Positions 19,272-27,406 of a DNA stretch of 64,000 nucleotides are shown piece after piece. The DNA is from Pseudomonadota bacterium (GTDB lineage Bacteria > Pseudomonadota > Alphaproteobacteria > Rickettsiales > UBA6187). Position 1 is the stretch's first letter. Each line of letters begins with the position of its first letter. Location of the stretch: the NCBI GenBank assembly GCA_027620075.1, contig JAQCEY010000007.1, positions 43,764 to 107,763 on the forward strand. Reading direction: 5' to 3'. Position numbers and translations under genes: made by a program. A model generated the notes under the pieces. That model ran no database searches, was not told the DNA's origin, and saw only the letters and a program-made list of their open reading frames with translations.

Positions 19272-20137
19272 CCCTGCTGTATAAACTCCCAAAATGCCAA
19301 TTTAGCAGGTGAATGATATTTATGTTCCTTCATAAATATAGCAGCGTCCACTGTTGGTAAGTCTACCAAGTCTCTCATGACAACCACATCTTCTTCCAAG
19401 TGACTGTTTTCAAGAACAATTTCAGGTAATATAGCATACCCTAAGCCAGCAGCTACCATTGCTAGAGTTGCCTCATTACCGTCAACATAACTATGTATCA
19501 TAGGCTCTACATCATTATCTTTGAATATTTTCTCAATAATTTTAACTATTGCGGGGTATTTTGATACGATAACGGGTAGTTTTTCAAGGTCTTTAAGGGA
19601 TTGAATCTTTGGGAGAGATGGTGAGCCAACAACAACAAGTTTGGAACTTGAGATGATTTTGTGCTTGGTATCTACAGGAGCACCACCAAATATAGGCTGA
19701 ATAACAAAATCAACAGCATTATCAATTAGTCGTTTCATTGACCTTTCAGGGGATGCGGTAGTGATATTCAGAGAAATATTCGGGTATTTTTCTATAAAAG
19801 CTTTTATTATATGCGGCAACACTCCGTATGCTATAGTTACTGTACATTCAATTGTTATACTGCCTTTTAGCGATTCAGAATCGTTGGAATGTAAGTTATG
19901 TTGCAATATTTCGAACTTTGTTAAAGCGTCTTTGGCAAAGCTGTAAAACTCTTCCCCTTGCTTGGTTATAATAACGCTTTTATTGTCTCTAATGAATAAT
20001 TTACACTCTAATTCTTCTTCCAAGCGCTGAATTATACGACTTAAAGTTGATGGTGTCATATGGTGAATCTGGCTTGCTTGCCTGAAATGCAGGCTATCTG
20101 CCAATGTTACAAATATACTTAGTGTTTTATAATCCAT
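19268..20137 (-). CDS. LysR-type transcriptional regulator
   Basis: MDYKTLSIFVTLADSLHFRQASQIHHMTPSTLSRIIQRLEEELECKLF wHTH plus a periplasmic-binding-fold C-terminus. ATG at 20137 is preferred to the track start 20170. Confidence 0.85.
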   Translation of the reverse strand: MDYKTLSIFVTLADSLHFRQASQIHHMTPSTLSRIIQRLEEELECKLFIRDNKSVIITKQGEEFYSFAKDALTKFEILQHNLHSNDSESLKGSITIECTVTIAYGVLPHIIKAFIEKYPNISLNITTASPERSMKRLIDNAVDFVIQPIFGGAPVDTKHKIISSSKLVVVGSPSLPKIQSLKDLEKLPVIVSKYPAIVKIIEKIFKDNDVEPMIHSYVDGNEATLAMVAAGLGYAILPEIVLENSHLEEDVVVMRDLVDLPTVDAAIFMKEHKYHSPAKLAFWEFIQQG

Positions 20138-20176
20138 TATTGAAAGCCTTCTACGTTGCGTATTATGCAATCAAGT

Positions 20177-20193
20177 ATTGCATATAATTCAAT
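20177..20193. promoter_or_regulatory. candidate LysR box (T-N11-A dyad)
   Basis: ATTGCATATAATTCAAT is ATTG-N9-CAAT with T-N11-A. It lies in the divergent lysR / tail-array intergenic region. Confidence 0.3.
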
Positions 20194-20274
20194 TTATTTC
20201 AATAGAAGATGTGTTATAATACTAGTGCATAATATGCGTTGATCTGCGTGCAAGTAACTATATTTTAACACTTA

Positions 20275-20285
20275 TGTGCTATAAT
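20275..20285 (+). promoter_or_regulatory. candidate extended -10 promoter element for the tail-array operon
   Basis: TGTGCTATAAT (TGn-TATAAT) lies about 33 nt upstream of the ATG at 20318. The -35 is weak. Confidence 0.3.
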
Positions 20286-20317
20286 ATTTAATAAGACGAG
20301 CAAGGGTAAAATTATTT

Positions 20318-22252
20318 ATGTCAAAAGAATCAAAAGATCAAATTATTAGGCCATCTAGCACATCGCTTTTTCGTGAAGATAACGGTATTCCTCACAAACT
20401 ATACGATGGCTTATTAGAAGATAATCCGGGCATGAGGATAGAACCCCTTGATAAGCATGGTAACTTCAAACTAGTGGATAAAGTTAACGAAGGAAAATTT
20501 ATAACCTTTGCATCAAAAGAGCAAAATGGTTCACATAATACCGAGAAATACCGTATTAATGTCGAGCAATTTGATGGAGAACTCCAATTAAGAGATTTTG
20601 CTAGTGCAAGCCCTAAAGGATGTTTAATTCCGATGAAAATAACGGTGCAAAAAGGAGAATTAGATTTAGAGGCAAGCTATCGAGATAACACTACGGGTCG
20701 TAGCCCGCCTGTTAGTATAGTTGATAAAAATGATAGGTTTGGTATGGCCATGGGCTTTTTAGCACCTTATACACACCATACTGAATGCAGCATGGAACGT
20801 GGTCATAAAGCTACAACAATGGCAGAAGAAAGTAAGGGAATGGAGCCGACAGGCGAAGCAAAAATGCAGCCCACAGCAAGTATGGGAAAGATGTTTGCTT
20901 CCGCAATGCTTATGAAATCATTCGAGAAGCTAGAAGACAGGCTGGATACAAGATTAGAGGCTATAGGTAGTCATGCAAAACAGGAATTTCTGGCCGCAAA
21001 TGACGCCACCACCTTAATGGATGTACCAATTGCAAAAACAATAGGTTTTTTGGAAGATAGGGGTATGGGGGCTGAGGCCGGAAGATTGCAAAAGGTTAAT
21101 GACTTTATTGGCCAAATGCAGCCTAGTGATGAACTAAAAGATGTTGAGCATAAAGGGGCCATTGAGCGAAGAAATAATATAACTCCAAGAAGTCTGGTTA
21201 ATCAAACAGCAAATCTTTCTGAATCGATGGCATGGAAAAATAAAGACGGAGTTGCTTTTTATGATGAATGGAATAAAGACGAAGCTACTGAATTTTCTAC
21301 TGAAACTATATTAGCACATACTCCGGGAAATCTTTCTCAAAATATCATAGATTTTAATGGCGTTGAGCAAGTACCATACCGCAATGGTAATCTAGTAGTG
21401 GCTGGAGAAGTTGCTAAAGCTATATGGGAAGGTGACTCTCCTTCACTTCAGGAAATACTAACAGAAGTTGCTCCTGGCGCTCATATTATTACAAAAAGAA
21501 GTGATTTGCAGGGGCTTGATTATGCAGAATCTAAATATACCAATGGTAAAAAAGACTTTAATACAGGAATTCCGACTGATGCAGGTGGAGCGGCAGGAAA
21601 TTACATAGCCTCACCAGAAGTTGTTGCTCAATTTTCTCAAGATTATATAGGGGCAGGTTTATCGGATAGCACTCTCTTTCAAAGAGCTGAATATCAGAAT
21701 CTTATGACTAATGTAATCAGTGATGCGGCAAAACATCCTTCGGTTGACCAAACCCCATATGAGTTGGGCTTAATGTGTATTGCTTTAGATAAAAGTGATC
21801 CACGCAGAGAAGACGGTTATACGCATATGGTTGGCCATGATGGTGATACGCCTAATATTTACACTGATGCATTTACACTTGTTGGCATAGATGAAGATGA
21901 CAGAATAAGTAAAGTTGGAGCTACAAAAGTAAATATGTCGGTACGTGACTCTCGATCTTTTGAAGATTTTAATCAGAAAGTGATGGAGCAAAAACAAGTT
22001 AAGCAGCTTGATGCCCTTGATTTGGCCACCATGGCTCCAGTATCAGGCGAGGTTGAGAGTATAGCAGCTAGCTTAGGTGCTGAAATGTCTATGAAACCAC
22101 CTTTAGGGTTAAATGAAGAATCTATGGAAGAATTAAATGAGATTAAAGGCGGACTTCAAAAGCTTATGGAAAAGAATCCTAAAGAAAAAACTCATACCCA
22201 GAAAATGGCCGATATGAATTTGAAATCACCAGGTGGTGCTAGGGAAATTTAA
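20318..22252 (+). CDS. tail-array protein P1: unknown ~560-aa head plus shared C-terminal tail
   Basis: No domain recognised in the head. Last 82 aa are QLDALDLATMA...ESMEELNEIKGG...SPGGAREI, homologous to the tails of P2-P5. Confidence 0.7.
   Translation: MSKESKDQIIRPSSTSLFREDNGIPHKLYDGLLEDNPGMRIEPLDKHGNFKLVDKVNEGKFITFASKEQNGSHNTEKYRINVEQFDGELQLRDFASASPKGCLIPMKITVQKGELDLEASYRDNTTGRSPPVSIVDKNDRFGMAMGFLAPYTHHTECSMERGHKATTMAEESKGMEPTGEAKMQPTASMGKMFASAMLMKSFEKLEDRLDTRLEAIGSHAKQEFLAANDATTLMDVPIAKTIGFLEDRGMGAEAGRLQKVNDFIGQMQPSDELKDVEHKGAIERRNNITPRSLVNQTANLSESMAWKNKDGVAFYDEWNKDEATEFSTETILAHTPGNLSQNIIDFNGVEQVPYRNGNLVVAGEVAKAIWEGDSPSLQEILTEVAPGAHIITKRSDLQGLDYAESKYTNGKKDFNTGIPTDAGGAAGNYIASPEVVAQFSQDYIGAGLSDSTLFQRAEYQNLMTNVISDAAKHPSVDQTPYELGLMCIALDKSDPRREDGYTHMVGHDGDTPNIYTDAFTLVGIDEDDRISKVGATKVNMSVRDSRSFEDFNQKVMEQKQVKQLDALDLATMAPVSGEVESIAASLGAEMSMKPPLGLNEESMEELNEIKGGLQKLMEKNPKEKTHTQKMADMNLKSPGGAREI
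22004..22252 (+). repeat. shared C-terminal tail module, copy 1 (sub-modules A+B)
   Basis: Encodes QLDALDLATMAPVSGEVESIAASLGAEMSMKPPL + ESMEELNEIKGGLQKLMEKNPKEKTHTQKMADMNLKSPGGAREI. Confidence 0.85.
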
Positions 22253-22273
22253 TGCCTAGAGTAGGAGATCTGT

Positions 22274-23920
22274 ATGTTGCATCCAGAGTTAGAAGAAGAA
22301 AAAGAACAAAATTACCCAACAGTCAAAAAAATGCTAGTTGGTAATTATGGCCAAGTGATTGGTGATATTGGAGACGCAACTATTCGGGCAGAAGAAAGTG
22401 GCAACCAAGGTTATGGATTTCATGTTACCTTACCTGGGAGTGAATCTCCTGATTTTTTCTTTAAGATTGAAAAGCAGCTACAAGAACGCCAGCCACAGGA
22501 AGAAAAACGGCTTGGAGAAGTGCGTGAATTTATGGAATCACTGCATAATGCAGCTAGGGAATCTGAAAAGTCTGGTAAACAGCCATCACTAGACTCAGCT
22601 AAATTTATTAGAGATAATTCTAAAGGGCTTATTGGAGCTTTATCTGGAGAAGGCATGCCAGAAGGTTTGGTCGGTCATGAAATAAGCCTACAAACTAATC
22701 TTGGGGCGTCAAAGCTTCCTTTAAGGGAAGACATGTTAGAAAAAAGAGAGAATATATCATACGATGAACAAAAGGAAAATCCCGACCCAAAGTTTGAACG
22801 TAGCACCAGGCAGGCTATTGACGTTAATCCATCTAATTTTCCATCCTATATAGTAGCAGAAATGGCTGGAACTTTGGGTAAATTGCATAATGCTGGCCAA
22901 GATAGGGAATTTACATCTAGCAATGCAGAATTCAACGAATTGGTTGGAGATGGTTCTGTGTTTAGACAAAAATTTGAAGAATTCTCTAGAATATCTAGTC
23001 CAACGAAGAGCCAAAGTAAAGTTATAGAGCTAATGGGTCGTCTGGCAGAAGAAAAAGAAAGCGGGAAGTTAGAGGCATTTACAGATGTGCTTGATGACTT
23101 TGACAAACTTCCTCAGACTAGAGCTGTTCATCATGATGCTCATCCTTTAAATTTTCTTCAGAAAGAAAGTGAACAAAAGGAAATGGCAATACCAGGAGAA
23201 GAACAAATTGTACCGATTGATATGGAAGACTTATCAATTGGACCACGCATTGAAGATTTAGCCTTACTAATTGGACAAACCAAGATTGACCATAATGCAT
23301 TAAGGCCTCATGAAGATATAAATCCAATGGGTAAAAATATAGATCAGGAGACTGCTACAACCATTCTTCGTGGCTATGAAGAAGTGGCATCTCCTCTTAC
23401 AGAGGCTGAAATTAAACATATGTTTAATTTCAATGCTGGTAGCCGTGCCCGTGATCAATTAGCCAAAATAGCTCAAATAACTCCCGAACAATTTGAAGCA
23501 AATAAATTTGATAGTCTTGCGCTTTATAGAGGTGGTACATTTGATAAAGCTGTAAGTTTTTCGCTGGAAAAGCCACTTGCGGTATTTGAGGAATCAAAAG
23601 AAAATGATTTAGTTCCACTTATAACGAAAGCTAGAAAACAGATACGTGATAGCCAACAAAATTTAGATGGCCTCGACCTTGAAATAAAGCCTGGTCAATT
23701 GGGCAGAATAGGTCAGAAAGAAACTTCGTATGGAAAAGCTGCATCCAGTCCCACGTCAAAAGATGGGGTTCCAGGCTTAGATCAAGAATCCATGGGGGAA
23801 TTAAACGAAATAAAAGGAGGACTTCAAGATTTTATGGAAAAAGAACCAAAAGAAAAAAATCATACCCATAAAATGGCAGATCTGAATTTGCGTTCTTCTG
23901 GTGGCTCAAGAGAAATTTAA
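22274..23920 (+). CDS. tail-array protein P2: APH/kinase-fold head plus shared tail
   Basis: HHDAHPLNFL (catalytic loop) and PIDMEDLSIGPRIEDLA (DxD-type). AGGAG RBS. Tail ends SSGGSREI. Confidence 0.7.
   Translation: MLHPELEEEKEQNYPTVKKMLVGNYGQVIGDIGDATIRAEESGNQGYGFHVTLPGSESPDFFFKIEKQLQERQPQEEKRLGEVREFMESLHNAARESEKSGKQPSLDSAKFIRDNSKGLIGALSGEGMPEGLVGHEISLQTNLGASKLPLREDMLEKRENISYDEQKENPDPKFERSTRQAIDVNPSNFPSYIVAEMAGTLGKLHNAGQDREFTSSNAEFNELVGDGSVFRQKFEEFSRISSPTKSQSKVIELMGRLAEEKESGKLEAFTDVLDDFDKLPQTRAVHHDAHPLNFLQKESEQKEMAIPGEEQIVPIDMEDLSIGPRIEDLALLIGQTKIDHNALRPHEDINPMGKNIDQETATTILRGYEEVASPLTEAEIKHMFNFNAGSRARDQLAKIAQITPEQFEANKFDSLALYRGGTFDKAVSFSLEKPLAVFEESKENDLVPLITKARKQIRDSQQNLDGLDLEIKPGQLGRIGQKETSYGKAASSPTSKDGVPGLDQESMGELNEIKGGLQDFMEKEPKEKNHTHKMADLNLRSSGGSREI
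23660..23920 (+). repeat. shared tail module, copy 2 (A'+B)
   Basis: NLDGLDLEIKPGQL...AASSPTSKDGVPGLDQESMGELNEIKGGLQDFMEKEPKEKNHTHKMADLNLRSSGGSREI. Confidence 0.85.
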
Positions 23921-23939
23921 CAGACTAAAGAGGAAAAAC

Positions 23940-25637
23940 ATGCGATATCCACCTTCAGCTAAAAATCTAGATATAGTAGTGCCTGTGCTTCTTGAGTCTT
24001 TAGAGCCTCAAAAAGACAAAGATATAGGCCATTTATTAGATTTAGAGGCAGAACATAAAGATTCAGATAGTGTCTTTAGAGGTGTCGGTGCGCATGTAGT
24101 TGGATGTTCGGCAGCAGTTACTGTTTTTTCTGGACAAGAGTCCAAATCTGAATGTCACACTCAAGGAAAATCAAATTTCCTAGCTGAAGATGAAGTTGCC
24201 CCTGAAACAGTCTTTGCAGTAGCAAGCTGCACAAAAATGATTACTGCTGCTACAATTTTACGAATGACTGAACATGAAGATTATAAAGAGCAATTCCCTG
24301 AAGGAATAAACACTTCTCTATCTCATTTTGTTCCTGCCCTAAAAGAAAAGTATCCAGATAGTACGTTTGTTAAAATGATTGAACAACATCCTCATCATGA
24401 GGATATTACGCTAAGAGACCTGCTGCAACATACGCATGGAATGGGAAAATATAATAATTTAAAAAGTGATTGGGGTGATTTGGATGAGGCAAAAAAATAT
24501 GTGGATGGTCAACACACAGATTCAGAGTATGGAAAACATACTTATAGCGACACAGGACCTGATCTAATAGCTCTTATTGTAGAAACAGTTGCCTCGAAAG
24601 CACCTGTTAATATTGCCAGTCCAGATAAGTCATTTGCTGATGTTGCAAGGGAATTAGTTATAAATCACCCTAAGCTTAAGTTAGAAAACACACTAATGCC
24701 AGATGACATTGAGCAAGCGGTTAGTGATGGTGGTAAGAAAATGGCGCGTGGGTATTGTGACGAGGGAACACCAGCTGAAGATAAAGACTATCAAGGAGCT
24801 TTAGCTGCTTTTGGCGCGCGTTCAACACCAACTGATATGAATAAATTGACAAGGGCATTTTTAACCCAAGATCCGGATGCTTCCCTTTTTGATAGCCCAG
24901 AAACTTTAAAACAAATGCAACGAATGCACGAGCTTTCTGAAAGTGAAAAAAAACCAGGTTTTGCTCATGTAGCTTATGGCCTTGGATATGAAAAGTTCCC
25001 AAATGGTTTAATTGGGCACGATGGACAAAATAGGGCCTTCAAAGCGCGGGTTGAGTACGACCCAACACAGGATAAATGTGCCACGGTTTGTTATGTTGAA
25101 GAACATGCTTCACTGATCATGGCTGATAGCCTTTCTGCTGGGATGTCTGAGGAAGAACTTCTACGTTCACAAGAAAAGATTTTGGCACAATATACTCCCG
25201 AACAATTGATAAATGATTATGAAAGAACTAGGACAGATTTTATAGAAAGACCACTGAAGCAGCAACTAGATGCCCTAGATCTTGAAGTAAAACCTGGTCA
25301 GCTAGAAACACTTGAAAAGCAAGGTGGTTTAGATGTGCCGGTTCATGAAAACAGGCATGGAAGTCCTGACATTCCAAATCCACAAAAACGGTCATTCGAC
25401 ACTCCTCTGCAAACCCGTAAAATAAACCCTGATGCAGTAGAGATATATGGTGAAGCAGCATCCAGTCCCACATCAAAAGATGGGGTTCCTGGCTTAGATA
25501 AAGAATCCATGGAAGAATTAAACGAAATAAAAGGCGGGTTTCAAGATTTTATGGAAAGAGAGCCAAAAGAAAAATCTTATACCCAGAAAATGGCAGATCT
25601 GAATTTGAAATCACCAGGTGGTGCGCGTGAAATTTAG
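23940..25637 (+). CDS. tail-array protein P3: beta-lactamase/DD-peptidase-fold serine hydrolase head plus shared tail
   Basis: SxxK ASCTKM, YSDTG, GHDG. ATG at 23940 with AGAGGA RBS is preferred to the track start 23901. Tail ends SPGGAREI. Confidence 0.75.
   Translation: MRYPPSAKNLDIVVPVLLESLEPQKDKDIGHLLDLEAEHKDSDSVFRGVGAHVVGCSAAVTVFSGQESKSECHTQGKSNFLAEDEVAPETVFAVASCTKMITAATILRMTEHEDYKEQFPEGINTSLSHFVPALKEKYPDSTFVKMIEQHPHHEDITLRDLLQHTHGMGKYNNLKSDWGDLDEAKKYVDGQHTDSEYGKHTYSDTGPDLIALIVETVASKAPVNIASPDKSFADVARELVINHPKLKLENTLMPDDIEQAVSDGGKKMARGYCDEGTPAEDKDYQGALAAFGARSTPTDMNKLTRAFLTQDPDASLFDSPETLKQMQRMHELSESEKKPGFAHVAYGLGYEKFPNGLIGHDGQNRAFKARVEYDPTQDKCATVCYVEEHASLIMADSLSAGMSEEELLRSQEKILAQYTPEQLINDYERTRTDFIERPLKQQLDALDLEVKPGQLETLEKQGGLDVPVHENRHGSPDIPNPQKRSFDTPLQTRKINPDAVEIYGEAASSPTSKDGVPGLDKESMEELNEIKGGFQDFMEREPKEKSYTQKMADLNLKSPGGAREI
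25263..25637 (+). repeat. shared tail module, copy 3 (A' + insert + B)
   Basis: QLDALDLEVKPGQL, then a ~45-aa insert, then AASSPTSKDGVPGLDKESMEELNEIKGGFQDFMEREPKEKSYTQKMADLNLKSPGGAREI. Confidence 0.85.
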
Positions 25638-25651
25638 GGAGATATTAATTT

Positions 25652-25969
25652 ATGACAAAAGAGCTGTTTAGGCATTTAGTAGAAAACAAGAAAATCCCCG
25701 ATGATACGCACTTCCTAGAAAGTGAAGCAAATGAAGTTCTTGGAAGTTATAAAGGGGCTTTAAATGCTCACCTTGTTGTTGTCGATAAAAACGGTAATAT
25801 CATACAACAATTTAAAGATGGGCACGAAATTGAATCAAAAGAAGTAGCCTATTTTCCTTTCCATAAAGCTGGTAGTACAACAAAAACACAGATCAGCTCT
25901 TTTGTTAGAATTAATATGTCAATAACCACTGAGGAGAAAAATATATGGTTAATATTTTTGAAGAGTTAG
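25652..25969 (+). pseudogene. truncated duplicate of a beta-lactamase-fold head (N-terminal ~85 aa only)
   Basis: EANEVLGSYKGALNAHLVVVDKNGNIIQQFKDGHEIE...FHKAGSTTKTQISSFV aligns with residues ~20-100 of P4 (EPGRILGDYSGPVTSGTVVLDEKGNITQNLQNGINVE...FHKTGSIAKTITSYLV). It then diverges and stops. Confidence 0.6.
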
Positions 25970-27393
25970 TAACAGGAGGTATAGTTAGTCCTGAAACATT
26001 AGAAGACGAACCAGGTAGAATTCTTGGGGATTACTCAGGTCCAGTAACCTCCGGCACGGTTGTTTTAGATGAAAAGGGGAACATTACCCAAAACCTTCAA
26101 AATGGAATAAATGTTGAACCTGCAATAGAACAGCCATTTCATAAAACAGGAAGCATTGCCAAAACTATAACATCATATTTAGTACATGAGTTGGAGAGTA
26201 AAGAGAGTAAAGAGAGTAAAGAAGTTGGTCTTCCTTCAATTGTTATAAATCGAAAAATACACGAATATTTTTCACCTGAAGAGCTCGTTGGTTTAATGCC
26301 AAGTTTTAATGGTAAAGCCAAGGAACTTAAAAAATTAGGTAATCATACTCTGGGTGATTTGCTATGTCATCAAACTGGTTTGGGTGATATTGGATCATAT
26401 GAAGATTTAGTTGAAAAAAGAACCAATGGTAGTTATGGACACTATAAAATGCTAGAAGGCATTGAGGGAACTTTAGGAGAGCCGCAATATTCCAACGCCG
26501 GTTTTGAACTATTGGGCGCTATAGTTGAAAAAGCTACTGGCAAAGAAATGTATGAATTGCTTCATGACAATGTTTTTAAGCCTATGGGTTTGACTGCTGC
26601 ATTTCCTGATAAGAATGGTACGTTACAAGAAATTGGTAATTCTGATGGGATCAAAGAATTTAATACGAGAAAATTAAACCCTACTTTCATGGTTATTGGT
26701 GATGAACTGTTAGAAAAAGATAATGTTAGCTATTATGCATCTGGAGGTCTAATTATGCCACCGGATCAACAGGCAAAACTAATGCATAATATAGGCAATT
26801 CTGAACACATAGCAAAAATGACACAAGAGCAACTTGGTGATGACCAAAGTTTTTACGGATATGGTATTGGAGGCGTTAAGGTTGATGGCAGGATTGGTAA
26901 AAATGGCTCTGTTATTTGTGCTAGAACGGAAATGTGGCATAGAGCTCCTGATAATAATGGCAACGGTTATACAGTTATAAGCACAGCAACATATGTTGGT
27001 GAAGTAGGAAATAATGAAAGACATAGCAGACCAGATGTTGCTGAGGCATTGTTGGAGCGTGTTAGAGGCAAAGGGCTTCAGCCATCTCCTGATGTTTTAA
27101 GAGATGTTGCCGGTGAGATGTCCAGAGATGGAACAATAGCTGAGCTAAATGCAATAATTAAAGAAGAAAAAGAAAAGAAACAAGTTAAACAACTGGATGC
27201 CCTAGACCTTGCAACAATGGCCGATTTATCACCTGAAGTTTTGAGGGAGGCAAAAGCATTAGGTGCAGAAATCACAGCTAAGCCTCCATTACATGGAGAA
27301 AGCAAAGATATGGAAGAAAAAAACTCCTGGGTTGATAAGAGCGCGAGGACTAACAAAAACAATCTAACTCCTGGCGGTGCTAGGGATATATAG
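25945..27393 (+). CDS. tail-array protein P4: beta-lactamase-fold serine hydrolase head plus shared tail
   Basis: SxxK GSIAKT, YSNAG, GKNGS. GAGGAG RBS. Tail ends TPGGARDI. Confidence 0.75.
   Translation: MVNIFEELVTGGIVSPETLEDEPGRILGDYSGPVTSGTVVLDEKGNITQNLQNGINVEPAIEQPFHKTGSIAKTITSYLVHELESKESKESKEVGLPSIVINRKIHEYFSPEELVGLMPSFNGKAKELKKLGNHTLGDLLCHQTGLGDIGSYEDLVEKRTNGSYGHYKMLEGIEGTLGEPQYSNAGFELLGAIVEKATGKEMYELLHDNVFKPMGLTAAFPDKNGTLQEIGNSDGIKEFNTRKLNPTFMVIGDELLEKDNVSYYASGGLIMPPDQQAKLMHNIGNSEHIAKMTQEQLGDDQSFYGYGIGGVKVDGRIGKNGSVICARTEMWHRAPDNNGNGYTVISTATYVGEVGNNERHSRPDVAEALLERVRGKGLQPSPDVLRDVAGEMSRDGTIAELNAIIKEEKEKKQVKQLDALDLATMADLSPEVLREAKALGAEITAKPPLHGESKDMEEKNSWVDKSARTNKNNLTPGGARDI
26194..26220 (+). 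repeat. in-frame 9-bp tandem repeat (GAGAGTAAA)x3
   Basis: Direct reading of the DNA. Encodes ESKESKESK inside P4. Confidence 0.9.
27190..27393 (+). repeat. shared tail module, copy 4 (A+C)
   Basis: QLDALDLATMADLSPEVLREAKALGAEITAKPPLHGESKDMEEKNSWVDKSARTNKNNLTPGGARDI. Confidence 0.85.
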
Positions 27394-27406
27394 TAAGGTA
27401 ATATTT

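Noticed and set aside
22359-23618. Several 60-90-aa ORFs on both strands within P2 (22359..22592, 22420..22656, 22757..23014, 22846..23106, 23118..23327, 23430..23618).
   Set aside because: They overlap the long, motif-bearing P2 frame and have no independent support.
25652-27393. The idea that 25652..25969 and 25945..27393 are one gene broken by a frameshift.
   Set aside because: P4 already has its own N-terminal region homologous to the short ORF, including its own SxxK motif. The short ORF is therefore an extra partial copy, not the missing start of P4.
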